A DNA stretch of 64,000 nucleotides from Octopus sinensis (GCF_006345805.1 NC_043001.1:97402001-97466000); one strand, 5' to 3'. Counted from the stretch's first letter, positions 27,818-42,502 are shown. Translations and numbers: made by a program. Notes: generated by a model from the sequence alone, not told the origin.

Positions 27818-28651
27818 ATTAATACTAAATACTATGAAAATCAATTATGCACACCATATTTTGGCGTTCGATTTTACTTATGACAACATGCACCTATACA
27901 ACATGTGTGCTACTATTATATGCACTAGAAATGCAGGCTTGCTCACAATTAATCTTCCAGTGGAGAAATTCACACATCGATGGCGTTGGTACAACAGATT
28001 TTCTGAAGACTGATTTGTGTTACGTCGCTAATCTAAGACATTTTCCTATTCCCTTCTTCGGAGTAACCCCAATTCGACAAGCTGCATGCTCATTAATACT
28101 TAATCGGATGCGCAAAGTGCTGATACTAAATCATTTTCCGATGATGCGGCTTAGACTTACGCATCCGTCACATTCCAATTTAGCAAAAGGATAATTGCGT
28201 CGAAGGGAAATTTATTCAAACGATCTTAATTAGATTTTATAGAATTTGCCTTAGAAATAAGCGAAATACTAGCTCATTCCTGCAGGTAGAGAACGTAGGT
28301 AGAAATCTGATTTTAACGAAGACCAAAATAAACAAGGTCTAGGTATATGATATTGCACTAAATATTGCATTTATATAATTTTAACTGCTATTGCATGCTG
28401 TCCTATGAAAAACGTGTTATTCATTGGAGAAGAAAAATAATTTTCACGGAAATAACCATATATGAAATAAGTTGTATAGTGCTTTGTTTAAACACACATG
28501 CGTGCAAATGGTAATAGAATCTATTTTATGACTTGAAATACGGGTCAGCATTTATGAGAATTTTGACATAGTAGGGGAAGCAGCATAACTGCATGAAATA
28601 TTTTCCCGTCGAAGACGAGGTATCAGTATTCAGCATTCGCCAAACAACCTT

Positions 28652-29545
28652 CGGGCGAAATGCTTAGCGGTATTTTGTCTGCCGCTACGTTTCGAGTTCA
28701 AATTCCGCCGAGGTCGACTTTGCCTTTCATCCTTTCGGTGTCGATTAAATAAGTACCAACTACGCACTGGGGTCGATGTAATCGACTTAATCCGTTTGTC
28801 TGTCCTTGTTTGTCCCCTCTGTGTTTAGCCTCTTGTGGGTAGTAAAAAAATTGGTATTTCGTCTGTCTTTACATACTGAGTTCAAATTCCGCCGAGGTCG
28901 ACTTTGCCTTCCATCCTTTCGGGGTCAATTAAATAAGTACCAGTTACGCACTGGTTTCGATATAATCGACGTAATCCGTGTGTCTGTCTTTGTGTGGCCT
29001 CTCTGTGTTTAGCCCATTGTGGGTAGTAAAAAAATAGGTATTTCGTCTGTCTTTACGTTCTGAGTTCAAATTCCGCTGAGATCGACATTTCTTTCATCAT
29101 TTCGGGGTCAATAAATTACGTATCAGTTGCATACTGGCGTCGATGTAATCGACTGGCCTCATTCCCCAAAATTTCATGCTTTGTGCCTTAAGTAGGAAAT
29201 ATTACTTTTAAAGGCGGTGAGCTGGCAGATTCGTTAGCACGCTGGGCGAAATGCTTACCGGTATTTCGTCTGCGTTACGTTGTGAGTTCAAATTCCGCCG
29301 AGGTCGACTTTGCCTTTCATCCTTTCGGGGTCGATAAATTAAGTACCAGTTACGAACTGGGGTCGATGTAATCGACTTAATACCTATGTCTGTCCTTGTT
29401 TGTTCCCTCTGTGTTTAGCCCCTTGTGGGTAATAAAGAAATAGGTATTTCGTTTCTCTTTACGTTCTGAGTTCAAATTCCGCCGAGTGTGACTTTGCGTT
29501 TTAACCTTTCGGGGTCGATAGATTAAGTATCAGTTGTGTATTGGA
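28652..29545 (+). mobile_element. Two adjacent SINE family A arrays (28652-29200 and 29211-29545)
   Basis: Five body units with junctions at ~28847, 29031 and 29437; first array ends in the alternative tail. Confidence 0.85.
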
Positions 29546-30179
29546 GTTGGAGAGCGAAGGAAAGAAAATTGGAGAGAATGAAGTAAGTTTGAATGGGCTG
29601 AGATGTGTGTGTGTGCCTGTATATATACATTCATATGTGTGTGAGCGCGCCTGTGTCTGTGCTTGTTTGTGGTAGTGGTGTGTTAGCGTGTGTATGAGCA
29701 TTCTACCCAAATGTTTGTGTTTTTTGTTTTATAAATTCTCCCTCACAATCTCTCGACAATTGGCGTTGGTTTGTTTACGTTCCGTATCTCAAAATTTCGA
29801 TATAATACAACGATGGAACAAGTAACAGACTTGAAAAGACTTCGAGAAGGAGCTCCAGCATTTCTTACGTATTATGACTGAAGCTAACAAAACATAAATG
29901 TCAACAGATCATAGCAAATATGGAAGAGCGATATGATATATAAATGTATGTGCGTGTGTGTTTTATAGTGACTATATTGTTTCTTTACGTGTTCTCTCCT
30001 GCGCAATTACTACCGAGTTTTGATTATATATACTGCACTTATAGTATAATAGGGCGATGTTACTTAAACATATGTAACATGAAATAAAGTGATAGCAAGT
30101 AGTCATCTGAGTCTTCTCCCTCGTTATCTCTGTGTGTATGTGTGTGTACGTATATATATATATATATGTGTAGGAGGAG

Positions 30180-30444
30180 TTTACGAAAAAGCAAAAGACG
30201 AAGACAGTTGGTGTATAAAACAAACAGATGTATTAGTATAACGCTCAGGAATAGTAAAAGTCTTTTACGTTTCGAGCCTACGCTCTTCCACCGAAAGTAA
30301 CACAGGAAGAAACAAGGAGAGAAAAAAATGTGTGTAGTGGCTAACAATCTATCATGGCGACTGCCAGACAGAAGGGTCACACACGAAAGCGAAGAAGTAG
30401 GGAATATAACAAAGATGACCCCCAACACGAAGGTGCGTGGACTC

Positions 30445-30445
<1 letters not shown>
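30180..30445 (-). mobile_element. Penelope-like pseudo-LTR remnant with hammerhead-like motif
   Basis: Minus strand CTTT-CGGTGGA-AGAGCgtagGCTC-GAAACGTA-AAAG; flanked by TA and CT microsatellites. Confidence 0.6.
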
Positions 30446-30495
<50 letters not shown>

Positions 30496-30499
30496 ATAT

Positions 30500-30531
<32 letters not shown>

Positions 30532-30757
30532 CTTATACACACAAACAATGTATGTATATGTACAATTATCAATGTGTGTATATAATATTATTAAATTCAA
30601 TTTATTCCACAGATATGTTTGCGATGCTGCTTTCTAGCATAGATTACAAAATAAGTATAAATTTACATGATGTGTGATTTGATACTGCAAGTTCTTGAAA
30701 TGATTGCAAACTATGGAATAAACATTGTGCATAAAATCTCAGCTTCAATCATTATTT

Positions 30758-30823
<66 letters not shown>

Positions 30824-30888
30824 GGAGAGAGATTTATGTATTCATGTTTGTGTATCTCTCTTCCTCTCTCTCTCTTTCTGTATGCGTA

Positions 30889-30976
<88 letters not shown>

Positions 30977-32057
30977 TGTGTGTGTATGTGTAATATAATG
31001 TAAGTGTCTGTTTAATGCTATATGTTTGCATGCACATCATTTGTAGGTCCCGGGCGCACACACAAACAGACACACACATACACATATATACGTGTGTGTG
31101 TGTGTTTGTGTGTTTGCATGTGTATGTGTGTATGTATCTAGAGAGACGGAGGACGAAAGATGTGTAAACAAACTGATTAGATTGATGAAATAATTAATTA
31201 AATATTTAATTAATAATTCTCATGTCAAGATTTACCACTATCATAAGCTTGTTCTTGTTTGTGTTTAGCTCCGATCGATCATATCTAAAACCAAACCTTG
31301 CAAACACGAACATTCTGTTTTCTTTATAGCATATTTAGCTTATATTATACAGTGTGTCCTTCGTATTACTCTATGCGCTTTTATTGCGTTATCTGAAGTA
31401 GATTCGTCTGCTACATCTAACTGATCGATCAATTAAGTACGGAGTATCTGAGTTCATTGCCCCCTTTATGAGAACATAGCTTCTATATTTGCTGAACGCT
31501 TGTTTTTTTTTTTTGTTTGTTTTTTAAAGTCAACGCAAATAATATGAACAAATGGGAATAAATCATATAGATATCTTCATGAATTTGATGAACATATATA
31601 AGTGTGATAAACGCAAACCCGTTAGCACTGATTTATCAGTTAAGAAGAACAGCTTATTTATAGCCTTAACCAACACTGCATGCAATAGGCCCGTGTAAAA
31701 TATTTTATAAAGAAACAACCTCTAATTTAATTTAAATTGTTCCCAAGAAATACGTGGATTCTCCGGAATAATTTTAATCCTGTAAGAGGAATTCATCGAT
31801 GGCGAATTGCCAGTCATAACTATCACGTATGGAATATTGTTCGATCCGCTGTTAATAACTGATTAACAGATCTCTGATATATTAATCCGTATATTTTGGT
31901 GTGCGGTCAAGGTTAGTACAAGTTTGCTGAGAAAATCCCGATAGAAGTGTGAAAATAACCAGGCTGACTTCTTCGATGGTCACAAAGGCAGGGTATGCAA
32001 AGTTTACTGTTTAAATCAGGCTGGTGGTATGAAGTTCCAGATATATTTTATAACATT

Positions 32058-32469
32058 CTCTGTTACTCTTTTACTTGTTTCAGTCATTTGACTGTGGCCA
32101 TGCTTCAGCACCGCCCTTAGTCGAGAATATCGACCCCAGAAATAATTCTCTGTAAGCCTAGTACTTATTTTATCGGACTTTTTGCCGAACCGCTAAGTTA
32201 CGGGAACGTAAACACAACAGCATCGGTTGTCAAGTGTTGTTGTTGTTGGGGGGGGGGCAAACACAGACACACAAACATATGCACACATGCATACATATAT
32301 ATACATATATACGACGGGCTTCTTTCAGTTTCCGTCTACCAAATCCACTCACAAGGCTTTTGTCGGCCCAAGGCTATAGTAGAAGGCAGTTGCCTAAGGT
32401 GCCGCGCAGTGGGACGGAACCCAGAAACATGTGGTTGGTAAGCAAGCTACTTACCACACAGCCACTCCT
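32058..32469 (-). mobile_element. SINE family B
   Basis: Colinear with the 10572-10976 copy. Confidence 0.88.
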
Positions 32470-33713
32470 TGAAACAAATCTCTCTACCCACCAGTTATTC
32501 TATTCCCTACTATTCCCTACCCAACAGTTTTTCATAACTAATCTAAATGAAAACCAGTGTCCCAGATGAATTACTCCAAATGGTATTCAGTTTGCCTGCT
32601 CAAGATGTACACTAGATATACTTCACCTATGAACGTGTCTAGGATTTTTCGTAAGGATAAATTCTCCGATCGCTGCTTGTTCATATTTTACTTCTTATGC
32701 TATTTGTGGTCCAGAGGAACGTTCCTAACTGTTCTCTTTCATACGGGATGAGGTTTACTTTGTACTTATTACTACCACATGTGTAGCATCTAGGTCTGAC
32801 CCTTTCCCCACACCTTTCCTCCTGTCTACAATCATTTGGTGAACGTGCTCCAGTTTTCTAAGAATCCAACTTAGATTTGTAGCACAGCTCGAACAGGACA
32901 TCACAGTAGCTTTGGAGATCGGTGATTTTGACTGAATTTCTCCCCATGTTCTTTCAGTGTCATTAATTTTTCTTAGATTTCTGTCTTTATACGCAACGGC
33001 TCAATGCTCCACTAGTCTGTTAATCCAGTTTACATAACATATGACACTCATTCAGGCGAGTCTAGCTAGCAGTGATGGGGAATTTTCCACGTGCCTGGAC
33101 TCGTATTTTATTTACTGTATTCTATGAAGTAAATATGCTTTCAGTTTCCATATTTTTGCTCATAGGAGCAACCTGTCCGATGCTGCGATGCATATGCTGC
33201 GTTCTTAGCTGAAACCCACAATTTCCAAAATATGAATTTTACAATTGTTACGTAATTCCGACCTTTCTGAAACAGCTGTCGAGTTAATACATTATGTATT
33301 CTTTTACGTAGTCTTCTATACTATTTTTGATGTTCTATGTAAATATATTTGTACAAATATATGTATTTTTATATTTGTAATAGCCACTCTTGACACAGTG
33401 AACCTACTCCTGGATGAATAATCTAGAGTCTGAGAGGCTCTCACCTATTGCCTATCTGTATATGCATATATTGTTTCTATTTTTGTACAGCTTTTATATA
33501 TTAAGGAAAAGGATGTATACAGAATTTTGGATAAGTATTCCTTTTCCCCTTTCATTTGTTTCATTATGGATAAAAAATACCACTGTGATTAGTCGCGAGA
33601 ACGTTGTAGAAAACAAAATTTGACGTGATGGAAAACTGATGGTAGTTACCGATTTTAGTTTAAATCAAGTGAAAAAGCCGACTCGGCATAAATCATGTTC
33701 AAAATGGTTGCCC

Positions 33714-33893
33714 TGTGACAGGGTGGTAAGAAACTTGCTTCTCAACCACATGGTTCCAGTTTCAGTCCCACTTGATTGCACCCACTTTTGCCTCAGGCCA
33801 ACCAAAACCTCGTCAGTGGCTTTGGTAGACGGAAACTGAAAGAAGCCTGTCGTATATATATACATACACACATACATACATACACACACTCAA

Positions 33894-33961
<68 letters not shown>

Positions 33962-34168
33962 TGTGTCTCTGGGTCTGTATTTATCCGTCCGCTTGAAAAA
34001 TGTGTTTACGTTCCTATATATTAGCGGTTCGGCAAACGAAACCGTTGGAATAAATACTAGGCATTAAAAAATAAATCCCATTGACGACTTGTTCGTCTAA
34101 AAAACTTTAATGTGGTTCCCCATGATAGCCGCAGTGAAATGACTAAAAAGACAAAAGCAAGTAAAAGA
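33714..34168 (+). mobile_element. SINE family B, diverged, with expanded internal (TA)n
   Basis: GTGGTAAGAAACTTGCTT...GGTAGACGGAAACTGAAAGAAGCC...TTAGCGGTTCGGCAAA...GCCGCAGTGAAATGACT. Confidence 0.8.
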
Positions 34169-34486
34169 TTGTTAAAAAAAAAAGATCCAAAATTCTGAAT
34201 ATCGCGTTACCGTATATGAAAGATACATACGACAAATGCACATATGCTCCCACTAATGTCAGAAGACGCCGAGTCATATTAAACGAGATTTGTTCAGTTG
34301 CTATGAATCAGCTTGTTGTCAACATCCAGATTACAGCTGTTCCTTGATACATTCTGTTCATAATTTCATAGATGAACTTATAGGTTTATATATTTTATTC
34401 ATACCGACTGTTAATAATTATAGTTGAACATGCACAAATTCCCATCGTAGGGAGAATACGATGTCTCTTTCTCTCTCTCCCTGTCT

Positions 34487-34931
34487 ATATATATATATAT
34501 AGATAGACAGATAGATAGGTATAGATATATATATATAGCTATACATACACCTGAATATGAATATTTACAAACATACATAATTCATGTATATTTGTATGTA
34601 TATACGTATACAGATGCAAACATACACATATAAAATCATATATATATACGTGCATGGATATTATGCGGTTACATATAATTTACATATAGATATATGATAT
34701 ATAAAAAAATATTCGTCTGTATTTAACTGTAGATGCACACGCTAATGCCACTGAAGTATTGTTTGAATAATGTACGTACCATTGCAGACACATTAACACA
34801 TGTCCACACACGCACCGAGCCTAGACGCATACCAAAATACATGCACACACACATATATAAATATGAATTCCGATGTATATGTATACAAACATATAAGCAT
34901 ATTTCTATTATAGAGTGAATAATATACTAGC

Positions 34932-34985
<54 letters not shown>

Positions 34986-35419
34986 ATAGATAGACAGATA
35001 GATAGGTATAGATATATATATATAGCTATACATACACCTGAATATGAATATTTACAAACATACATAATTCATGTATATTTGTATGTATATACGTATACAG
35101 ATGCAAACATACACATATAAAATCATATATATATACGTGCATGGATATTATGCGGTTACATATAATTTACATATAGATATATGATATATAAAAAAAATAT
35201 TCGTCTGTATTTAACTGTAGATGCACACGCTAATGCCACTGAAGTATTGTTTGCATAATGTACGTACCATTGCAGACACATTAACACATGTCCACACACG
35301 CACCGTGCCTAGACGCATACCAAAATACATGCACACACACATATATAAATATGAATTCCGATGTATATGTATACAAACATATAAGCATATTTCTATTATA
35401 GAGTGAATAATATACTAGC

Positions 35420-35497
<78 letters not shown>
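34487..35497. repeat. Near-identical ~488-bp tandem duplication bounded by (TA)n
   Basis: ORFs at 34733 and 35221 are 488 nt apart and differ at two residues; both units start AGATAGACAGATAGATAGG after a TA tract. Confidence 0.92.
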
Positions 35498-35501
<4 letters not shown>

Positions 35502-35695
35502 GCATATCGTTCTATTCGTCTGAGTATGTTTTCGATATGTTGTGGACTTATACTATGTGTTGGCGTCTGTGTGATTTTATATTTCACCAAATCCAAAGGC
35601 GTCTAAATTAATCTGCAAACATACTTTGCTTATTTATTTGAATTTTTTTTTCGGGATAGAGAGAGCGAGAGGCAGAACGAAAGAGGAAATGAAAG

Positions 35696-35745
<50 letters not shown>

Positions 35746-36126
35746 AAGAGAATTATAATAACTCTTTGTATATTGATTCATTGACAAATGCTATTCACCA
35801 AGCCAACATATCGATTGCCTCTGTTGCACATGGTAAATCATAGAATACGTATTTTCTGTGCAGCCGAGTGTACTACGATTTTCAATAGATCCTGGGTTGT
35901 TTTTCAGTTTTTCATTTACATCATTTCTCTTTTTCATAGCGCGTTGCCAGCAGGGTTATTGGTCGGAATGTGCTATGTCATATTGACTGTGACTTCAGTC
36001 CTCCTAGAACATGGTTTGAAATAAATCAGAGATTGTCGTCTGCATTATATTTATTTATATACTTATTTTCATCAGTATTTGCACTTTCGCTTTCTCTTTT
36101 ACACTATTTCCACTTCCATTATTCTT

Positions 36127-36173
36127 ATTATAATAATAATAATTATTATTATTATTATTATATTATTATTATT

Positions 36174-36220
<47 letters not shown>

Positions 36221-36237
36221 TATTATTATTATTATTA

Positions 36238-36298
<61 letters not shown>

Positions 36299-36308
36299 CA
36301 TTATTATA
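36127..36308. repeat. Compound (TTA)n/(TCA)n microsatellite
   Basis: Directly visible. Confidence 0.95.
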
Positions 36309-36714
36309 TGATCATGATCGTCATAATCGTCGGCATTATTACTATTCACCTGACTCAGCTATAAATGAATCCAAAAACGGAATAGCTATTCAGACTTTTA
36401 ATTAAATCTGACCACTATGCGTATTACACGATATGTATACCTTGGTTGCAAATCTCCAACAGAGTATGTACAAAACTTTAGGGTTACACTTGCTGCTATA
36501 CATCACCTATACCGATGTTATGTGTATATATGGAAAAATTGTGTTCAGTGTAGCATATACGATAAATATGAACAGTCTGTGGAATAATTTAAACCAAAAC
36601 AAGAAAAATTGACTAATTTATGCAGTGTGAAACAGATATGGTTGTAATCTAATGCCAGATTATGTCATAGACATAACGAATAGAATATATACTCAGCATA
36701 ACCTAGATTTCTAT

Positions 36715-37115
36715 AGGCGCATGAGTGACTGTGTGGTAAGTAGCTTGCTTACCAACAACATGGTACTGGGTTCAGTCCCACTGCGTGGCACCTTTGGGCG
36801 AGTATCTTCTACTATAGCCTCGGGTCGACCAAAGCCTTGTGAGTGGATTTGGTAGACGGAAACGAAAAGAAGCCCGTCGTATATATTTATATATGTATGT
36901 ATGTATTTATGTTTGTGTGTCTATATTTTTCCTCCCAAAATTGCTTGACAACAGATGCTGGTGTGTTTACCTCCCCGTGACTTAGCGGTTCGGCAAAAGA
37001 AACCGATAGAATAAGTACTAGGCTTACAAAGAAGAAGTCCCGGGGTCGATTTGCTCGACTAAAGGTGGTGCTCCAGCATGGCCGCAGTCAAATGACTGAA
37101 ACAAGTAAAAGAGTA
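36715..37115 (+). mobile_element. SINE family B
   Basis: Full-length copy ending GG(T)GGTGCTCCAGCATGGCCGCAGTCAAATGACTGAAACAAGTAAAAGAG. Confidence 0.9.
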
Positions 37116-37620
37116 ATATGTTAACGATTTTAAGCATATATACTGTTAACAAGTATAAAAAAATATATACGTTAAATGTCGTTTCTGAATCACAAGGTTT
37201 CTTACATCATAGCGTGGCTTCTATATCTTGCAGCCTTTCATGTATGATGTAACAACAAACGATGTAATTTGAAAATCTAGGATGTCGAGGATACATAATA
37301 TCTTAAGTTTAATCTGATGCTTTAAGAGATGAAGATCAGCAGGTAACTAACGACAGCTTCTTTTTTTTAGTGTTGTCTCAGTATTTGAAGTGGTTGCCCA
37401 ATTAGGCTCTTACTTTTAGGATATCAGTCACTGAGAATAGTTGGATGTAGTTTACCATGGCAGTAGAGATATTCAATTCTTTCCCAGGCAGGTCACCGTC
37501 TGTCTAGCTGACAATTTGTTTTTAGCATCCAGAAACACAGCACCCACCCCGCCATACGCAGCCATCACACATACACATATATACATATGCGTGTATCTAT
37601 CAAAATACCTATGTCTATAG

Positions 37621-37704
<84 letters not shown>

Positions 37705-37818
37705 TTATATATCTATCTAATCTAATCTATCTGTCTGCCTAGCTCTCTCTCTCTTTCTCTCTCTCCTGCTATCTGTTTGTGTGTTGTGTGTATGTATATA
37801 TATATATATATATATACA

Positions 37819-38115
37819 TATTAGAGGGAAACCACTATGTGGACATCCTTATGCTAGAAATAGATCCGCTATGATCTTACCACTAAGAATAATCCATATT
37901 TTTATTGCTTTTTCTTTTGTTTTGCTCGATTACGTTTTTGTTGTTTTGCAAAATTTTTCTTGAGAACATTTCTTAGACCATAGCGGATTTACTTCTAGCA
38001 TAAGGGTGTCCACATAGTGGTTTCCCTCTAATATATATATAATCCAATTTTAGTGAACCTTCAGATCACTGCTTTGAAATCGATGTTGAAATCTAATTTC
38101 TCTCACTCTCATTTT

Positions 38116-38118
<3 letters not shown>
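37819..38118. mobile_element. Inverted-repeat insertion with one-sided tail in (TA)n (Penelope-type truncated end)
   Basis: TATTAGAGGGAAACCACTATGTGGACA.CCTTATGCTAGAA (~37819-37875) is inverted at ~37978-38033, followed by a unique tail up to the next TA tract. Confidence 0.65.
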
Positions 38119-38163
<45 letters not shown>

Positions 38164-38329
38164 TAATAACATACATGCATACAAATATAGTTATATATGA
38201 TTATGAGAGGTAATGGTGTCAATAAGACCCAAAGGTGTCAGGTAATGCTGAGTAAGTGCTAACCAAACACAATACAGACTTTCCACAACAATCCGCCTAC
38301 TACGACCATGTTTTAGACCTAAATCAGAA

Positions 38330-38846
38330 ATAGAACAAAATGTAAAAGAACAACCGAAAATAATAAACTCATCAAAGAAAATCTAAGTATTACACAAACG
38401 AAAATTCTAGCAAGAGCTTTAACCCCTCGCAGATCGAACCCGAATGAAATTGAGGATAACAATATGGTTGTCTGCCGAAACTTATGCTTCACAGAAGCAC
38501 TTCACAACTACACCAGCGAAGATCACAAGTGAATGCTGTCCTACAAAGGCAGAAATATAACACTTGATACTTTTTGTGAACACATTACCAGTTTTCCTTT
38601 TAATACCCTTCAAAAACAACGAATTAAATCCAACCTTAATGTAAATGAATGGAAAGACCTAATCGAGTTAAAAAATGAAATAAGCCTCACCATTAAAGAA
38701 GACGACAAAAGAAGTGCGGTAGTGGTGATTGACACAGAGTACTACAAAACTTTAATACTCTCCATGTTGGAAAATAATATTTACTATGAGAAGATGGTGC
38801 AATACAACCCCTGGCAGATCGAACCCGAATGAAATTAATGATAACA
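38330..38846 (+). mobile_element. Penelope-like RT N-terminal fragment
   Basis: ORF 38533-38832 contains SNLNVNEWKDLIELKNEISLTIKEDDKRSAVVVIDTEYY, matching the PLE motif NL...E..AL..L....I.IK.ADKG.AVVV.D...Y. Confidence 0.8.
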
Positions 38847-38895
38847 GTGTGTGTGTGTGTGTGTGTGCGTGCGCATGTGTATGTATGTATATATG

Positions 38896-38961
<66 letters not shown>

Positions 38962-39746
38962 AGTATGAATGGGAATATTATCGAACTTAGCTTGTCTTTA
39001 TTCATAGAAATAATTTTAGTTCGGAAAACGAATATAGTTAACGGAAAGTCATTCAACTGATCTGTTGAAATGCAAATGTGTCGATACCATAAATTTCTCG
39101 GATGTTGTCATTCATATGAGCAGGCAGAATACAGAACCGATACTAGAAGTATGAACAGCATTTATTCCTATACGAAAATAAAAGCACTCGAGATAGCTAA
39201 CCGAATACTAACATTAATCGTTCAGTAGTCTATTATATTGCATTTATAATTTATTTCTGGAGTTACTATAACGTTTCATATTAAATTTATGTCGTAATGT
39301 AACTAAATGAGCCATCGAATTCTGACATATAATTGAAGCAGTAGTTCCCAACTTCAATTTATCTCATTCAACCCCTAATAAACTGTACATAATAGCTGTA
39401 GGTAACATTATAATAAAGAAGAATTTAATTCATTTTCTTAGATGTTAAGAGCGATAACAGCAAATACACTGATTTAAACGTAGCTACAATTAAAATCTAG
39501 CCAATTATTGAAAGTACTTAATATAATAAACTCAAATTCTGTGCAATATGCATAAAAGTTTAAACATACTGACGAATTTATAAAAGTTATTATGTGCAGA
39601 TTATCAAACGTTCTTAACTGTTAATTATTTAGAGTATCTGAAAGACAAATATTTCTTAATAGTTTTCGATCTAATACAGTTGCAAAGTATAGTAGTAGAC
39701 ATCTCTATTAATCTAACGTTTCACTAACCACTTATAAAGAAAAATA

Positions 39747-40259
39747 CCGTATATTCTTGAGTATAGTCCGCTCTTGAGTATATAATACGCAGGGGATTTT
39801 TAGGGGGCTGTACTTCTGAAAATCCTAAACCTTGTGTATAATACACACCCCCTTCTCTAACTTGAGTCAAGGAGGTCTATATGACGTCGTTGGTTTCTAA
39901 AAATGTATATGATAATATCCTTTATTATTATTTTATATATAACATAATGCAAACGTGTAGCTTTTTTGAGCATTTTGTTTGTAGAAAATAAAGAAATAAC
40001 AATAATAACAGTAATAACGTTTAATAAATGTTGCTTATTGCAAGTTATGGATGATTCTTTTATGGCTTCATTGCTTTCAGGCTTAGTTTAAGGTATTTCC
40101 GCGTCCGACATCACAAAATGCGTCTGAATGTGTTTTTTAGCGTACGTAGAGACTCGGACATTGCCAAGAAAATATTTTAAATTTTCAACCTGGTACGCAC
40201 TAGGGATTTTGACCGTTAAATTTTGGGGAAAAATGCGGATTATACTCGAGGATTTACTG
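39747..40259. mobile_element. Tc2/pogo-like MITE
   Basis: Imperfect ~25-bp TIRs CCGTATATTCTTGAGTATAGTCCGC / GCGGATTATACTCGAGGATTTACTG, flanked by TA on both sides. Confidence 0.8.
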
Positions 40260-40999
40260 TATATACCTTTGGCCGTTTCTATTTAGCCTCAATCAGCTCT
40301 AATACCCAAGAACAAGGGCTGATGGTCTACTGTACATGGCGTCCCCTTTATCGTTTTTCAGATGCAATATAAAACGTATGTAGGAAAGTTACCTGCGATT
40401 CCTCGTAGATTCTGCTGCTAAATAGAGAATCATTTTGTTAGTAGTATTTAAGGACGGAAAGGGACTGCGCGAAAGTTGCGCTTCATTTAACATTGTGCTT
40501 GATGGTCTGGTTTCTATAATTCTAAGCAACTTATTTTCCCTTTTAAGGGAATCATTTCTGCTTGCTGTAGTCAAAAATATCAAATGCATTTCTTAATAAT
40601 ATAATTATGGTTATACCATACCTTGTTTATGAACTTCATTAACTGTCAGATTCGGAAATAACATTTAAATGTAGTCCTGTTTGGGAAATTATGTTAAAGA
40701 TCGAAATCTTCCACTGACTTGGCAACCACACCTTGTTGCTGACATTTCACACTATCGAAACGTATTCTACATCCTCGGAACATATGCCTTAAGAATATGT
40801 CAATATTCTAAATTGCCCAAAACACCAACACGATGTACAATTATTCCAAAACAAGTTCCCTTTTTCTTTCTCGATATCACAGCCATATGTGAAACACAAC
40901 ACTTAAGAAAAGAAAAGTTTAAAAGGCATATTCCGTTTATATTTACTTCAAGAAAGATGAAAAGGAAAGAGCGAAAACATTTCAAAGATCTGGTTTTGC

Positions 41000-42130
41000 C
41001 TTAATGCCAGGGCCAATATCTCAAAGGATGTACTACAAGCATATCCTGTAAGGAAGTTGGGACAATTCTGCGCGTTGAAAATGATAAGTTTCTGCTCGGT
41101 GGGTGATACGGCTTCTTACACCTGACCAAAGGAACAACAAACTGACCACATCGCGGGGAAATCTGACATTGTTTGAGACTGACCCATCCGCTTTCCCTGA
41201 ACTTTTCTTAACTGTTGCTTTCATCCCTTGAGCCAGAGACAAACAGATAATTCATGCTGTGGAAACACTCTACCTCACCTGCCCCAAACAAGATAAATTT
41301 CGTCTCATATGCCGGGAAGGTGATGGTCTCTACTTCTGGGGGACGCAGAGGGCATTGTGTTCATTGAGTATTTTCAAAAGGGTGATACCATCAATGGACA
41401 TTATATTGCCAACTTTCAGTTTCAGTTACAAAGTGTTATCAGGCCAGGAAAATTTACGAAAACTGAGGGAGCTCCGAAAGGGGTCTCAAGGAGTAGCATC
41501 CCTGCCTTCCTGAGCTAGTTTTCCAACACATTTCTTAAACATCGTGGTAGAGGTTTTGGTCTCGAGACCACTCATGTCTAGAAACTGAGTTTAGGGGTAA
41601 GCAAGGGCATGCTCCCCGTAGAAAGTCCAGCTCCAAAAAAGCTTCATCATTGCAAAGGAGAATGGGCACCAGCCAGCTCAAATGTTGGAGTGGGCTGCAC
41701 CTACCACCATCGGTTCCTGTGGCATTTAGGTAGACCGGGCCAGGACAGTTAGCGGGGACAAAACAGGGATATAAAACACTGTATGATGACATAGTTCATG
41801 AGAGCAATGCTCCAGCACACAAGCCGTTGGTTTTGATGGCTGATGTGTTTGACAGGCTTTCAACTGGTTGACCACCGTCACTACTCTCCTGATTTATGTC
41901 CATAACACAACCATCTGTTCCCTAATATGAAATTTAAAAAATACATGGCTAACAACCAGTATCGCAGTGATGATGACGTCATATCTGTTGCTGCCGCCAA
42001 ATGATTTTGAAGTATTCTCCTAACAGTGCAGTAATTAAAAAATAAGGTTGAAATTAATGCATGAAAGATTTTAAAGCACTCGCATCCTTCCTTCATGGTT
42101 AGTCTATGAATTTTTCAGCCCACCCTTGTA
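41000..42130 (+). mobile_element. Decayed mariner transposon with a nested insertion
   Basis: Manual translation gives SARWVIRLLTPDQ, GKVMVSTF, NAPAH, HYSPDL and HLFPNMK; right TIR ATGAATTTTTCAGCCCACCCTTG followed by TA at ~42106-42130. Confidence 0.85.
41463..41790 (+). mobile_element. ~330-bp unclassified insertion interrupting the mariner transposase
   Basis: Separates GKFTK from the H.SNAPAH motif; ends ...GGGATATAAAACACTGTATGATGAC, resembling a retroposon tail. Confidence 0.55.
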
Positions 42131-42296
42131 TATGTATACACGCACACAAATAATAGATACACACAAAAACACATACGCATACATGCACACACACAAACAC
42201 ACACACCGACAGGAATACGTGCACACATAATATATACGTATAGATATATATACAAACATATACATATATGCACATATATATGTGTGTGGTATGTAT

Positions 42297-42459
42297 GGAG
42301 TGACTGTGTGATAAGTAGCTTGTTTACGAACCACATGGTTCCGGGTTCAGTCCCGCTGTGTGGCACCTTAGGCAAGTGTCTTCTACTATAGCCTCGGGCC
42401 GACCAAAGCCTTCTGAGTGGATTTGGTAGACGGAAACTGAAAGACGCCCGTCATATATA

Positions 42460-42502
<43 letters not shown>

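Noticed and set aside
32700-33100. Gag-like zinc knuckle (RCYTCGSNKY) on the minus strand
   Set aside because: Incomplete CCHC with no supporting ORF or LTR.
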